DNA of 64,000 nucleotides from Callorhinchus milii. Its lineage: Eukaryota. The stretch lies in NCBI RefSeq assembly GCF_018977255.1, contig NW_024704743.1, positions 59,522,001-59,586,000 on the forward strand. Reading direction: 5' to 3'. Shown piece after piece: positions 12,326-25,610 of this stretch. The notes below the pieces were generated by a model. That model saw nothing but the letters and a program-made list of their open reading frames with translations, was not told where the DNA came from and did no database searches. The position numbers and the translations under genes are program-made. Every line of letters starts with the position of its first letter. The first letter of the stretch is position 1.

Positions 12326-13807
12326 ACAACAACAACTTGCAATTATCTTGTGCCCTTCATGTGGAGTAGCATCTCGGAGCATTTAGCAGGATACACTGCA
12401 CATTCTATTTCAGACACAGACATGTGAAGGTGGCATACATGAATCTCTGTCTGGTTTGGATACTCTTCAGAATGGCAATGGATAACCACATGTGTCAGAC
12501 ACCTGAATGTCGAAAAAAATTATTTAAATGTCGGCATGAAACTTTTGGGGACAATCTAAAACCAATAAAGTCCTTAAAGAAAAATAGCCATTTTTCAAAG
12601 AATGTGAGGTCCTCCTGACACCTGACATTTTCTTTTGTCATAATCTCTTTGATATCACATCCCACCTCTCTGAGTGACATCAATGGCAACAGTGAGTGTC
12701 ATCCTCCTCATCGTTCTACCACTGTTCCCAGAAAGAGGAAAAAAAGTCAAGTTCAGGAGGAACATCTGCCAAATGGAGGCAGCTGAATTGACTTTCGGGG
12801 TTTAGTTTGAATTGACTTTCGGACCTTCAACAGGTCACCCCTCAACCTTAAGTATTGGCATAGATTGTACAGCACGGAAATAATAATAATCATATTCCCT
12901 GCATTTGATATAGTGCCTTATCAGGTCTTCAGGACGTCTCAAAGCTTTTCCCAGAATATACTGTAAAATGAATTGACTGTATTTTGTGGGTGAAACGTGG
13001 CAGCCAATTGCTCACAGCAGTGTTCCACAAACCGTTGTGGTTTGAGTGACCAAATTATTCTTTTTAAGGGAAATGACTATCCAACACTAGTCTGTACCAG
13101 TGTTTATACTCTACATGAATCTAAATACTTTGCACTAGTCAGGAATTGAACTTGGGCCTCCTAAGTGGCAGGCGAGAATTCCACCACTGAAGCACAGATA
13201 CACATTCAAAGGAAGTTGCGATATAAGTCCCAGTTCCTCCATTCTACATTCACAGCCCAAACCACTCATCCCTGGTATCCTAGTAAATCTCCTCTGCAAC
13301 TCTTCTATCATCTCTTTCCTAAAAATAAAAGTGTTTCTCCCATTGGCAGACTGAGCACCTCATGCAGCATGAACAGCCTCTGCAGTAACAAGCAATGCAA
13401 AGTGAGAAAATCTCCCAACAGCATATTGTTCTGGCATATATGTGCCTCTTGATAAAGAGCCCACATTCCTTGACTCTTGGGTGGATTTTGTGGTAGTACT
13501 GCAGCCACAGGTGTTAGAGCAGCTTGAAAACCTTCTGCCATCACAGTTCATAGTCACCAAGTCAACCATTGAAAACCTGCCTCTTGCCACTAGATCATTT
13601 TTTATGGTGAATATCGAACAGCACTGAAAGGATGAGGATCTGGATCTTTGATCTTTTGTTGTTCTGAAACAGTCTTGCCTAGTCTTAATTCCCTAATCTA
13701 CCTTTTAAAGTGTTTAATTTTTAGCAAATGTATATTGGTCTTCTGAAATAAGTATTGAAAGTATTGATAACAATTGTTTGCTACTAACTTTTCGCTATTT
13801 AATGCAG

Positions 13808-13920
13808 CCGTCGCTTGCCTAAACTTGCAATTTCGAAAATTACTCAAGTTGACTTCTTACCAAGAGAAGTAGTGTCGTACTGCAAAGAGACTCAAACACC
13901 TGTCGCTCACCAGCAAGAAG
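13808..13920 (+). CDS. DYNC1I1: DYNC1I1 exon (113 bp): (G)[37 protein letters not shown](E), containing the Tctex1 and LC8 binding region
   Basis: tgcag| acceptor and |gtaagg donor. Contains [13 protein letters not shown] and the LC8-binding motif KETQT. Phase 2/1. Confidence 0.97.
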
Positions 13921-15409
13921 GTAAGGTAGGACCAGGCTCTGCATATCTGTGAGCTCAACGTTTCTTAGAGATTGTAATCTTGTGGACAATTTTTAGTTAA
14001 TTATGCAGTTTGCATTGATTATAATAAACAGTGGGAGACCCAATGTCAATTTGCAATTCCTCGTGGGGGCATTTGGCTCCCCCCGTTCACATTATTCCTT
14101 TTCAGTGAAAGCTAAGGCATGTGGTGTTTGCTTGATTCTTAGAATTCAGATGGGGCTGGTGCCTATTGAAAGAAAACGTAAGGTAGCACCCGAAATATTA
14201 AAGTGATTGTTTATGGTTGTAGCTTATAGTTTATCCTAGCGGAAGACAAAAAAGCTTCACAACACTTAAAACTCAGTATTTTCTTCAATGTAATGTTGTT
14301 CTAACAATAAAGTCTGATTTACAGAATTCTTAACAGATTCGATATGAAATAATTCTGTTAGAATTCCCATTAAGCAGTGGAACCCAATTTTGGAATTAAG
14401 TAATGTCGAAGTGGATTTCCCAAAGGGTTTTCCAAGTAATGTATTCGGGCCCATATTTGTATATTTCTTGCAGCTCAAGTTAAGCTTACAGTAGTAGACC
14501 ATTCTGAACCACATACTAGGGAAATGCTGATAGAAGAGCTATTTTAACTCTTAATGAGCTATTTTCAAGATGGGAACAATGAACCATTCAACCTGAATAT
14601 AATCACCCACACTAAACCCACTCCACACCAGTCCTCGCTAGGCACCACTGGCTCCCCATCACAGAATGGATCGATTTCAAGATCCTCTCAATCGTCTTGG
14701 TTGGAGATGAGACAGAACTGTCTGAAAGGAATGAAGCCAGGTTTCAATAGTGGAGATGTGCAGGATGGACAAATAAATATTCTAGGAATCATGCAGCGTG
14801 GTGCAGAATTTCCCCCCCCAAGATATTGAGTGGGTGGGGTGGAGTCCACAATCTTGTAGGTATGGTGTGGTTTGTGCGAGGACGGTCTTGTTGGGCCTTA
14901 TGGCATTTCTGATTTCATGCGTCATTTTCTTGTGATCCTGGGTGTGAGGAAAGCAACAAAATGGCACCCTCTTGTGGTGGCAATTAAATGTTTCCAGATA
15001 CATTAATAAGCCTTGCAGATGTGAAATGCTGACCATACAGAAATTATTTTTGCAGGTTCTCCTGAAAGAGAATATTTGCATTAATGGAGATGATTTTAAA
15101 AAAAAAAGTTTGGAATTACTGGAAAATCAGATGCTTGAATCAGATTTATAATACTAATCCTTTCATTTGATATAGTGCCTTTCATATAGGGATGTCTCAA
15201 ATCGCTTCACAAGATATACTGTGAAGTACAGTGACTGTATTTTGTAGCTAAATGCCCAAATATGAAAGGTAATATTGTACTGTGTTACAAATTGAAAAGC
15301 TTTATTGAGTGGGGCCATGTAGTTAGGAAACCAAATGTATAACGTGGGCTTTGGAATTCACAATTTGACATCTATAAAACTGTACTAGTTCAGATGTACT
15401 TTTTTACCT

Positions 15410-15680
15410 CCCTGCCTTACTTTCCACTTCACCACCGCTCGGCTGGCTCCAGCCCCCTCTTGTGCCTCGCCGTCTCTGCCCAACATTGGCAGCCATGTTT
15501 TCAGCTGCTACGTTCTGAAACTTCGGAACTCTCTCCCTCAATCCCTTCGTCTTGGCTCCTGTTTCCCCCTTTCCAGATCACAACTGAAGACCTTCCTCTT
15601 CGGCCATGTTTAAAGTCACCTTCTCCCTTCTGCACGGCTCGCTTCAAGCTCCTCTGCCTCTGTTAAGTGCTCCGAGACTA
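15410..15680 (+). mobile_element. Degraded L2 3' fragment
   Basis: Pyrimidine-rich L2 3' ORF/UTR remnant similar to 21100-21370. Confidence 0.6.
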
Positions 15681-16679
15681 ATCATTCACTGAAGATTTCT
15701 AATTTAATTTAATATTACAGTTAATAATTAAATACTGGGTTGAATCTTGAAGAACATAAACTAATGTAAGTTATTCTAGATATTTATAATCTATTTATAG
15801 ATTAATGGAAATACCACATTTTGAATATTGCATTGGGCATCCTATCCACAAATGATGAAGCATTGGAAAAGATTCAGAGAAGAGGAACAAAGTTAATTTT
15901 GTGATTTGGAGCTATAAGCAAATGAGGCGAAATTCAATGAGCTCATCCAGAATGTACTGCCCAATCAAATGCAGAATAAATTCAGTAACTAATGTATGTT
16001 CCACATTAGTTTTGATGCAGAATAGCTTTTAGTACGTTTAATTTACAAATGCTTCATTGCCCATTGGAACTAGTGAGTCACACTCCTTGAAAATGCTATA
16101 CAATATAACATTGTGAAACAAGATGTTGTATTAAATAATTATGATGGGGTCACTAAATTAACATGTTGTAGCTAAATGCTGATAAACACAACTAGTTTGC
16201 CAAAAAATAATGAAGATTTCTCCTAACTGTAGATTAGAAATAATTGATTTGGAAACCTTTGTACTTCAAGCCATTTAGTTATTCAGCAATTACTTCTGAA
16301 TAAAATCAGAAAATACTTGACTGATTTTACAAAAAAAATGATGTAACTAAGATCTTTTTTCTCTTTCTTCACCTCACACCAAGCAGTTTACCCAGTCCAA
16401 GAGCTCATTTATTCTGCTGTACAATAGCCACTAGGAGACGCATGAGAGCAGGGCACCAACCTCTTCGGATTCTTGTCACACTCAGCACTATGTGAAAGTG
16501 CTATTTCGTGATCAAGAACTTGCCTTAACGGTAGTTGCAGCCTTGAACCTGTATCCTATCAATTGTGGGGTACATTGGAGCACTGATGTGCTGAGAATGC
16601 TGTCATGGCTAACTATGGGAATGCTGTCATGGCTAGAGCATGCTGTAATGGCTAGAGAACCTCCAAAACAGCATAATAT

Positions 16680-17072
16680 AAATAATAATCCTTAATAATT
16701 CTTAGAGAGCCTAATCATGCCAAAGTGTCAGAGGGCCTCACACTTTTTTGTAAAGTGTAATGATTGTGTAATAGTAAGCAAATGTGGCAGCCAGTTTGTG
16801 CACAGCAAATCCTCACAATTAGCCATTAAGTGAATAATTAATTTTACTGGAGGATTATTGGACAGAGTGTGGGAGAAACTTCCCTTCTCTTTTTGAGTTG
16901 TGGCATGAGATCTTTACCATCCATCTGCAGACAGATAGATGAGATCTCAGTTTAATGTCTGAAGGACAGCATTGCTGGCTATTCAGCACTTCCTCTACAT
17001 CACCTTAACCATAAGATCTGAATTCCGAATGCAGGACATGAGTCCACAACCTTCTGACCCCAGGCTGACACC
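16680..17072 (-). mobile_element. DeuSINE-like element
   Basis: Motifs ggcagccagtttgtgcacagca...gatctttacc...cacaaccttctgac...ggctgacac. Confidence 0.65.
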
Positions 17073-19978
17073 CTGAATATAGTTCACAGGTGAAATTCGG
17101 CACTGATCTATATTAATATAAATACAACATGTGGAAATTAGTAATGTTATACTATAGAAGTGAAGTGGATCTGTGTTCTACAATGTTATTTTCAGATCAG
17201 TATGTCTCGAGAGTTGACTATTACAATAATACCTCCTCCAACCCCCTCCCCCTTATCCTACCATGATTTGTATCAGATATAAATTGGCCAGAATTGACTA
17301 ACAATTTAATAGATGCAATCAATCAAATCATCGAGAACATTATTGGAATCAGCTCATTTTTCAATCCTTGTTTGGCAAGAACATGAACTTAATTTCCTTT
17401 TATTTGATTAACTTCTTTCCTTTTTTAAAAATACATAATTTCCTGATGGTTTGTCATGGCTGTCCATAAAAATCAAGATACCCAGATAATTATGGGAACA
17501 GGATAAAATACTGTGAGGTCTGAGTGGAAGATAGTGATCACTGGCTTCTGATGACATCACCAGGAAGGATTAAAGGTCATCCATTTGAGCTTTGAAACTG
17601 AAATTGTACAAAGCTTCAAAAGAAACAAGCATTTTCCCAGCCTCAGTTAATACAGTATTGATGAAAGAGTGTAATCAAAAGATATGCAATTTCTTATACA
17701 ATGGTGTAGTGAAATTGATCCAAGTGCACTGTTAATTTAAGTGACCTAGGAAAAGCTGATTTATGCAACAAATTCATAGTAGATTGGCTATCTACTTGCC
17801 ACTTCCTGTAACGAATGCCAGCAGTAGTTTCATTGCGATTGTGTTTTAATCATTAATTACAGCAGCTATTTTGCAGTGGATTAAAACACAAACTCGCTTT
17901 ATGTGGGACCTTAAGAGTATTTTGTGGTAATTTAGTTGTTGGTGGAAGAGTCCTTTTTCTTCATTGAACTAATACAGCCCTTATTTAAAAAAAAATAAGA
18001 TTTGGTAGTAAAACGTATAACCCTTTTTTCACAACCATAAGCCTGTGCTAAAAAGCATATGCCAAATCACTTTAGAATTTTTTAAAAAGAAAATTTATAG
18101 TGCATCAGTATTTTGTTTATTTGAGACCATTTGAGATTGTTTGGCTACATGTGAATTTTTATAACTATCTTTGACCAAAGGATGTTATCCACCAAGCAGC
18201 TACACTACTGTTATTGTAAAATGGAGCGAAAGATTGTACTATGGTTCGTAGCCTCAGGCTATGGAAAAGATTTGCTTGTACTGCAGGAAAGGTCTCGAGA
18301 TTTTAAACTTTTCTGGAAACGCTTTTCAGTCTTATAAACAGACACCATGCCAAGCCATTGCCAACTCGTCCATATATTACAATTTTTCTGAAGGGTTTTC
18401 CAGAATTTGCTGCTTTAGCCTGTGCCCATAATTGTTTTGTTGAATGATAAAATATAGGAACACTGCATCATGTCTGTACTTCCAACTCAATAGGGATCTC
18501 AGAAGTAGTCGGCAAGTTTTAGAAGTGAAAACTTGTCAAGCGGAACATGTTTAGGAAATCATAAGCAACTTGTAAGCTGGTACCACTAGGGAACAATATT
18601 TTAAAACTTCTCGATATTTAACATGGCAGAAGTGAACTGCTTTAAGAAAATGTCACAGGCCTGCAGTCCACAGTGTAATTTCAAAAGCAACTATTTTTTC
18701 CTGCAATTGCTCCTTCTAATTTGTTTACAATATTTAAAATAAAACTTTGTTGTAGTTTGTAGTTCTAGGAACTGTATATGGATCATGGGTGCTTGTGAGG
18801 GTGAATTATGAGAATTCAGCAACTGGAGTTTCATTCCAATTTCTGCCAAGATAACATGAACATGTTCTTTTACTTTAGAAGCTTGATTTCTTGTTGCTTA
18901 TTTCTGAAAAGTGCACAATTGACTATGGGAAAATCATTACTTTTTCCACTGTTCTCTCTCTCCTTCCCACACACCTGACAGTTTTTTGAGAAAATAACCA
19001 TTTGGAAATTAGAAACATGCACATTTTGTCTTTTTACTCATTGAGTCTGTCACCAACCCTAGAGGAGTCCCATTGACCTTTTCCGAGACCCTGTGTGTAG
19101 TATTAATGGTAAGTTTCTCACTTCCTACAAATATCACTTTTTTAAAAGAAAGAAGCATGTTTGATGGCAGCAGCTGTTTGCCTTGTGATTTAAGACTTCC
19201 TGTCTTTATAATTGATGTGTTTTTATTCTTTCCACTTCCTGAAGCCTGATCAGAATTAAAATTGCTGTTGGAATTTCCTGTCAAAGCAGTCCATTTATTC
19301 GTTGAGCACTCCAGTGACAGCCCTTTGATTGGACATTGCCTTCAGCTATGTTCTCACAACTGAGTTCTGGTTGGCTTTTTTTTTACTCTTGTATTCTTTT
19401 TCCCATCCTGTACCCCACATGTGCTGATATATGCAAGATGTCCATCATTCTCGTAACCTTGCCCCAGTGAAAACTTTTGTACAACTAATGTTAATGTTCT
19501 GCATATCCAATAAGGCCACCTGCAGGAGGCCCTTGCCTAGGCTACTTAAAACTGCAGTTCCGCTTTGCCTATTTTGTGGGAATTTTCCGCATACAGTGAA
19601 CTTTTGTGATGATGAGTTTAAAAAGAATCAGATCAATAACTGCAGTTGTTAAAGTGTTTGACTCCCAACCATAAGGGTTCAGGGTTTAGCCCCAAGGTTG
19701 TCTGATGGTCTGTTTAACTTATCTTTTGATAGGCCCAGAGGAACAAACAGTGCTGCATAACCATGAGGTATTGGGGGATGGGGTTCAGTCCTGCTCACCT
19801 CCCTTGATGCCAGATGATCATGAAGCAGCTTTGAGGCATCAGCTGCTGTGAAGAAATCTGTGGCTTATATTGCTGCACTTCCTGACAGGAAGTAGATTCA
19901 TGTAGTTGTTCAACACTTGCAAATTTATTTTTTATGTGGGGGTGGGGGTGGGTGGTGTGCATTCAGAAGTGAATCTAA

Positions 19979-21372
19979 ATCAATCCCTCTCCTCAGGCTC
20001 AGTTCCACTCCCCCTCAAAGCAGCTGTCATCACGCCCCTCCTTAAAAAAACTACGCTCGATCCATTCAACCTTGTGCACCACTGTCCTATTTCAAACCTG
20101 CCCTTTCTGGCCAAAGCCCTGGAACGCGTTGTTGCAAACCAACTTCGCTCACACCACACCCTCCGCTCCCTACTCGAAGCCCTTTGGTCTGGTTTCCGCC
20201 CTGCCCACAGTACAGAGACGGTGCTCGTCCTCTGTGACCAGGGCTCCCTCCTGGACCTCTCCGCTGGGTTCAACACAGTCGACCACGCCATCCTCCTTCA
20301 CCGCTTCTCCTCTGTCATCCACCTTAGTGGGACCGCACTCGCATGGTTCGAGTCCTACTTAACCAACCGCCAATACTTCATCTCGGCAAATGCTTTTTCC
20401 TCTTGCTCCCATCAGTTACCTGCAGGGTCCACCAGGGCTCCATCCTTGGCCACCTTTTCTGCATCTATATACTCCCTCTCGGCGATGTCATTCGCAGACA
20501 TGTGGTCAACTTCCACATGTATGTGGATGACACACAAATCTACTTCTCCAGCTGCGACTCCCAACTTGTTTGACGGACAGCAAGGCCTGGATGAGTGCAA
20601 ATTTCCTGCAGCTGAGTGTCGGTAAAATGGAAGCCATACTCTTTGGCTCCGGTCTCAACTCCGCAGTCTCCCCAGGCTCTCCTCAGATTCTCTGAACCCA
20701 TGTGCAACTTAGGCATCTGGTTCAATCCCCAGCTTTCCTTTCTACCCCACATCCGTTTCCTGACCAGGACCGCTTTTTTCCACCTCTGCCACATTGCCTA
20801 CCTCTGTCCGTACCTCACAACTGAAGCAGTTGAAACCTTCGTCCACTCCTTCGTCACTTCCCGGCTGGACTATTCCAATGTTCTCCTCGCTGGTCTTTCC
20901 AGCTCCACCAAAATCCAATTAATTCAAAACCACACCCGGATACTGACCTGCGCAAAACTCCGTACCCATTACACCAGTCCCTGCCAGGCTACACTGGCCC
21001 CCATCACCGAATGGATCGATTTTAAGACCCTCTCACTCGTTTTCTAATCCCTTCATGCCCTCGGACCTCCCTCCCTATCCGACCTGCTTATCCCCCACTC
21101 CACCACCTGCTGCCTCCATTTGGCTGGTTCTGGCCTCCCGTTTGTCCCTTGTGTCCTTCATTCCACCATCGGTGGCCATGCCTTCGGCCACTGCACCCCG
21201 AAACTCTGGAACTCTCGCCCTCAATTCCTCCGCCTTGCCCCCCCCCCCCACTTCTACCACCTTCAAATTCTGACTAAAGACCTTCGTTTTTGATGGTCAT
21301 TAAGGTCACCTCACTCCTACCTCTCCCCCTGGCCCGTTGTCAGACTTCCCGACTGTGAAGCGCTCTGGGACG
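19979..21372 (+). mobile_element. L2-clade LINE, 5'-truncated, frameshifted RT pseudogene (subfamily B)
   Basis: Motifs [43 protein letters not shown] and SRLDYSN, spread across three frames. Confidence 0.92.
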
Positions 21373-21679
21373 CTACCCCTCGCCATTACTTAAGAAGGGC
21401 AGAAGAGACGAAGCAAGTGACTGTAGGCCATTAAGTTCAACATCCATGGTGGGCAAATTACCAGAATCGATCAACAGGAACAAAAGAACTGAGCATTCTA
21501 AATAAATATGCACGGATCATCATATTTTACATATCTACTAGATTTTTGTAACCGAACCTGGGAGATTTAGATAAAGAATATATATGGCTTTCAGAAAGCA
21601 TTTGTTAAAGTGCAGATAAGAATTAAAATCAAGGCACATGTAGTTGAAGGCAATATTGTGTTGAGGGTTGAGAAACTAT

Positions 21680-21990
21680 TTCCTTTAGTGGGGAATCCGG
21701 AAAAGGTATAGTCTTAAAATTAGAGCTACACCATTTAGGAGTGAAATCAGGAGGCAGTTTTTCACCCAAAGGATAGTAGAAATTTGGAGCTCTCTTCCCC
21801 CAAAAGGCTGTGAATGCTGGATCCATTCACATTTTCAAGACTGAGGTGGGTAGATATTTGTTAGGTCAGGGTATCAAGGGATAGGGGGCAAGGGCGGGTA
21901 ATTGGAGTTGAGGTATAGAACAGCCATTATCTTATAGAATGGCGGAACGTCCTGACTCGAAGGGCTGAATGGCCTACTCTTGTTTCTATT
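21680..21990 (+). mobile_element. CR1-clade LINE 3' end
   Basis: ttttcacccaaaggatagtagaaatttggagctctct...gggctgaatggcctactc. Confidence 0.75.
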
Positions 21991-23457
21991 CATTGATAGA
22001 GAGATATGAGGCAGAGAGTTAATTTAAGAATGGACATTCTCTGATTTGTGGGCAGTGACAACTACTTCTATTCAAAAAATAGACTCTGCAAAGTAAATAG
22101 TCCAACTCCTGGAGGACAATAGCCATAAGAGTACAAGAGAGATGTGAGGGTGTAATTGAGTCCAGTGCCCAGTGCATCATCCACCTTTCCTGATAATCTT
22201 TTCCAGATGTTAATTGTCCTATGTATAGAAATATATTGTGTTTCTCTTAAACATGTGCTTCACAACTTTGTACATCTGGCCTCTTGTGTACCTTCTGTTC
22301 AGCCCTACTTAGAAACATGTTTCATTTAGTTACAGCCCTTGTATGCATTTGTGTGTCAGCTCCGGTGCTGAAGGATAAGTCTGTATTAAGTCTTGCTCAT
22401 AACTTTTAAGTGGACATGACCTGATCTCGCACGATTGCTCCCAGATAAAATTTTGTCTCAAAGGCATGAGAGTAGTTCTTTGTAAGTTTTTAAGTATTTA
22501 TATTTTTTTTCAAATTTTTGCGAATCAACTTCCTAATTTCAAATTTCATTTTTCTTAAATTTCTTAATCCTAATTTTCCTGAACCCAGATGAACAGTTAT
22601 GTATCTTTAGTTATGCCTTATGTTTTAACACTGATAACTATTTGCATAGTTTCTTACTATTTATTTTAAATTATTATATTTTTATGCTATTTTTTCCTAT
22701 TGACCCATTTAAAAAGAGAACTCAAAGAGCAATGAGGACTATTTTGAGCCCAGGATATGGTTCATAGAGACTACATAGATAGTTGCATAAAGTAATACGG
22801 TATTGAAACAGGTCATTCGGACTATCAAAAATTAACTTGTTGTCATTGGCTCAGAGAAGATTGAGTGGCAACAGGATTCACATTAACATGCTCAGAGGTG
22901 GGTTGATGTATATGTAAACGGATCATTAAATGAACCACGAGTGCAGAACTGGAATACAGGATTACAGTTAATGAGCCTCATGTGAGACTTGATATTAGAA
23001 TCTCTCTCACATACACACATAGCAGAGGTTAAGGAGATTGGAGCTGCAGGTGAGAAGATGGTGACGGGAGCCAAGAAGTATGGCTTCCACCTTATGTAAT
23101 ATATCAAATGAATATTAAGGTACAGTACAGCAAACGCACTTGATTTGAAATACAGGAGAATAATGCACCTCGTTATAATACAAGCTCACTTAATGAGATT
23201 CGGCTGTGGGACTTGACAGTTTCTTATCTAAAAATTTCAAATCCTGACATTGCGCCTTCAAATGTATCACCACACTTCAAACCACAGCAGCGCAATCCCC
23301 GGATATGAAGCGTGAATCTATGTTCTTGAAGTGTGTTGCACACCAATGCAACAGTGTGCAACATATGCAATGTCGCTACTCTTTGTGTTCAGCTGTAAAG
23401 CTGGTTGGGATTTTATGGACCAATAATGCATTATAGTGGAAATCTACTGTATATAAA

Positions 23458-24135
23458 ATGACAACAATAAATTGCATTTGTATAGTTGAGAGGATGTCCC
23501 AAGGAACTGGACAATCAGGGATTTGGACCCAAGCTGGGGGTTGGGCTCAGGGATGGTATGGGCAGGAGAGTAACCAAAGGACGGGTGAAGAGGAGGGTCT
23601 TGAGACGGGCCTTGAAGGAGGCAATGCGAAGGGACCGTGGGATTGAGTCGAGTTGGTGGGGACAGAAAGCCTGAAGCCCAACCGCTGATGATGGGACTGA
23701 CTGGGCAAGGGACATGGAGCAGGCTAGAGGCTGCTGAGCGGAGGGAGAGGGCAAGTCTATATGGAGTTAGCAAATCGCAGAGGTAGAGTGGAGCAAAGCC
23801 GTGGAGGGCTTTGAAGGCAAGTACAAGGATTTTGAACTCTATCCTCTGGAGGATTGGGGAGCCAGTGGAGCTGGGTGAGGGTGGGGTAATAGGGTCATGG
23901 AGCTAGGCTACGGGAGAGGACAGGAGCTGCAGCATTCTGGATGATCTGCGGCTCGTGGAGGGAAGAGTCGAGAAGGCAAGCAAGCAGGGAGTGAGTGTAT
24001 TTGATCCTGGATGTGATGAATATGTGGAGGAGAGTCTCAGCTGCCTGAGGGGAGAGGCAGTGCTGGAGCCGGGCAATGTTGCAGAGGTGGGAGAAGGCAA
24101 AACGGGTCATGGCACGGATGTGGGGTATAAAAAGG
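23458..24135 (-). mobile_element. L2 LINE 3' portion (subfamily A-related)
   Basis: Peptide HLCNIARLQHCLSPQAAETLLHIFITSR plus an L2 tail. Confidence 0.85.
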
Positions 24136-24889
24136 TCAGCCATTGAACTTTTTTTAAGTTGCGATTAACTTTATGCTCCCACTTTTAAGTACATGAGAAA
24201 AAACATTGGAGGTGGTAGATCATTGACTGCAAGGGCCCCGGTGTCCTTGGTGGGCTGCTAAGACTGAGTGCCAAGCTACTGTTGTTGGATAATGGTGATT
24301 ATTCTGTCCAGACCAATCAAGGTAGCTAAATATTATTTGGAATTCACTACATATGTACAATTTTATTTTTGCTTTTGTAAGGTGATGGTGAATGACTCCC
24401 AATATACAGTGCTATTTTGAGCTTGCCAAGGGTTAGAATTATAGAAGTTAGCACTACATAAATAATTGATCAGATCAACTGCATTCTTGTGGTTGGTGGA
24501 ATATGTGCAACTTAAGATAATTTTACAACAATTAGAGTTTGGCATTTTTCTTTAAGGCTGCTGTTTCTCGGGAGAATTGCAGAGCGGAAACACTGAGTAA
24601 TGTAGGAAACGCCAGAGAAAAATATCCTGGTTCAAAGCATTTAAAAGTTTTTATCATTATCACATGCCCCTGAATAACTGAAATCACATTTGAGAGCAAA
24701 GTGAACTTTCAGAACCTAATTTTTTCCCTTATTCTCTTCCGTTTCCGCCTCTGGAACCCGCTTCTCTGGACTGGTCTTTCTAATTCAGGTAGAGGATATT
24801 GCAGGGTATCGTAGTTTTGCTTCAAGCATCTGACATAAATAGTGAAAATTATGTAAAAATTCAAAGAATTGCATGTGTACAAGGTAAAT

Positions 24890-25610
24890 GGGGCAAATTT
24901 TGTCAAGGAAATATTGTTAAGGAAATAGGCCAGGAAATTGATCAATCTCTGGTTAATATTTTTGTCAATGAAAACACTGGAGCTATATCTGAGAACTGGA
25001 GGATCGCAAATGTATGATGTATCGGCCTAAAATTTATAAACCAATTAACAATGGAAGGATTATTCTGCAATAATATTTGCATTTGATATTTGTGTATTAT
25101 TGGCCAGGACTCCGTGAGAAACCCCATTTCAAATAGTGCTATTGCATATTTAATGTCTTCCTAAATAGACAGATGAGACCTTGGTTTAATGTCTCATCTG
25201 AAGGATAGCACCTCCGACAATGGAGCACTCCTCCAACATTGTATTGTAGGGTCAGCCTCGACTGTGAGTTCAATGTCCCGATGTGGAACCTGAAGCCACA
25301 ATCTTCTGACTCAGACAATGCTATCAATGGAGCCAAGTAATGGAATTATGTTTGAGAGCATTATATGGAATTCTAGTAATGATCATCTAAAGGACAGATA
25401 CCAAGGAAGTATCTTTCAGTATGGGTTTAGAAGCAATTGATCATGTCTCATGGATCTGCTGTGATTCTTTGAGGAAGCAACTAAGCTACTGGTTAAAGGC
25501 TATCCAAAGTGATGTAACTTTTTTTCTAGAAGGCATTTGATAAAGTTCTACCTCATGAGATATTTAAAGGAATTGATGGCAAATAAACTTGTTCAATTGA
25601 AAACTGATGA
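24890..25610 (+). mobile_element. Highly decayed CR1 RT fragment with a DeuSINE (-) inserted at ~25135-25337
   Basis: Motifs ENWRIANV and aaggcatttgataaagtt (KAFDKV), with SINE motifs in between. Confidence 0.6.
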
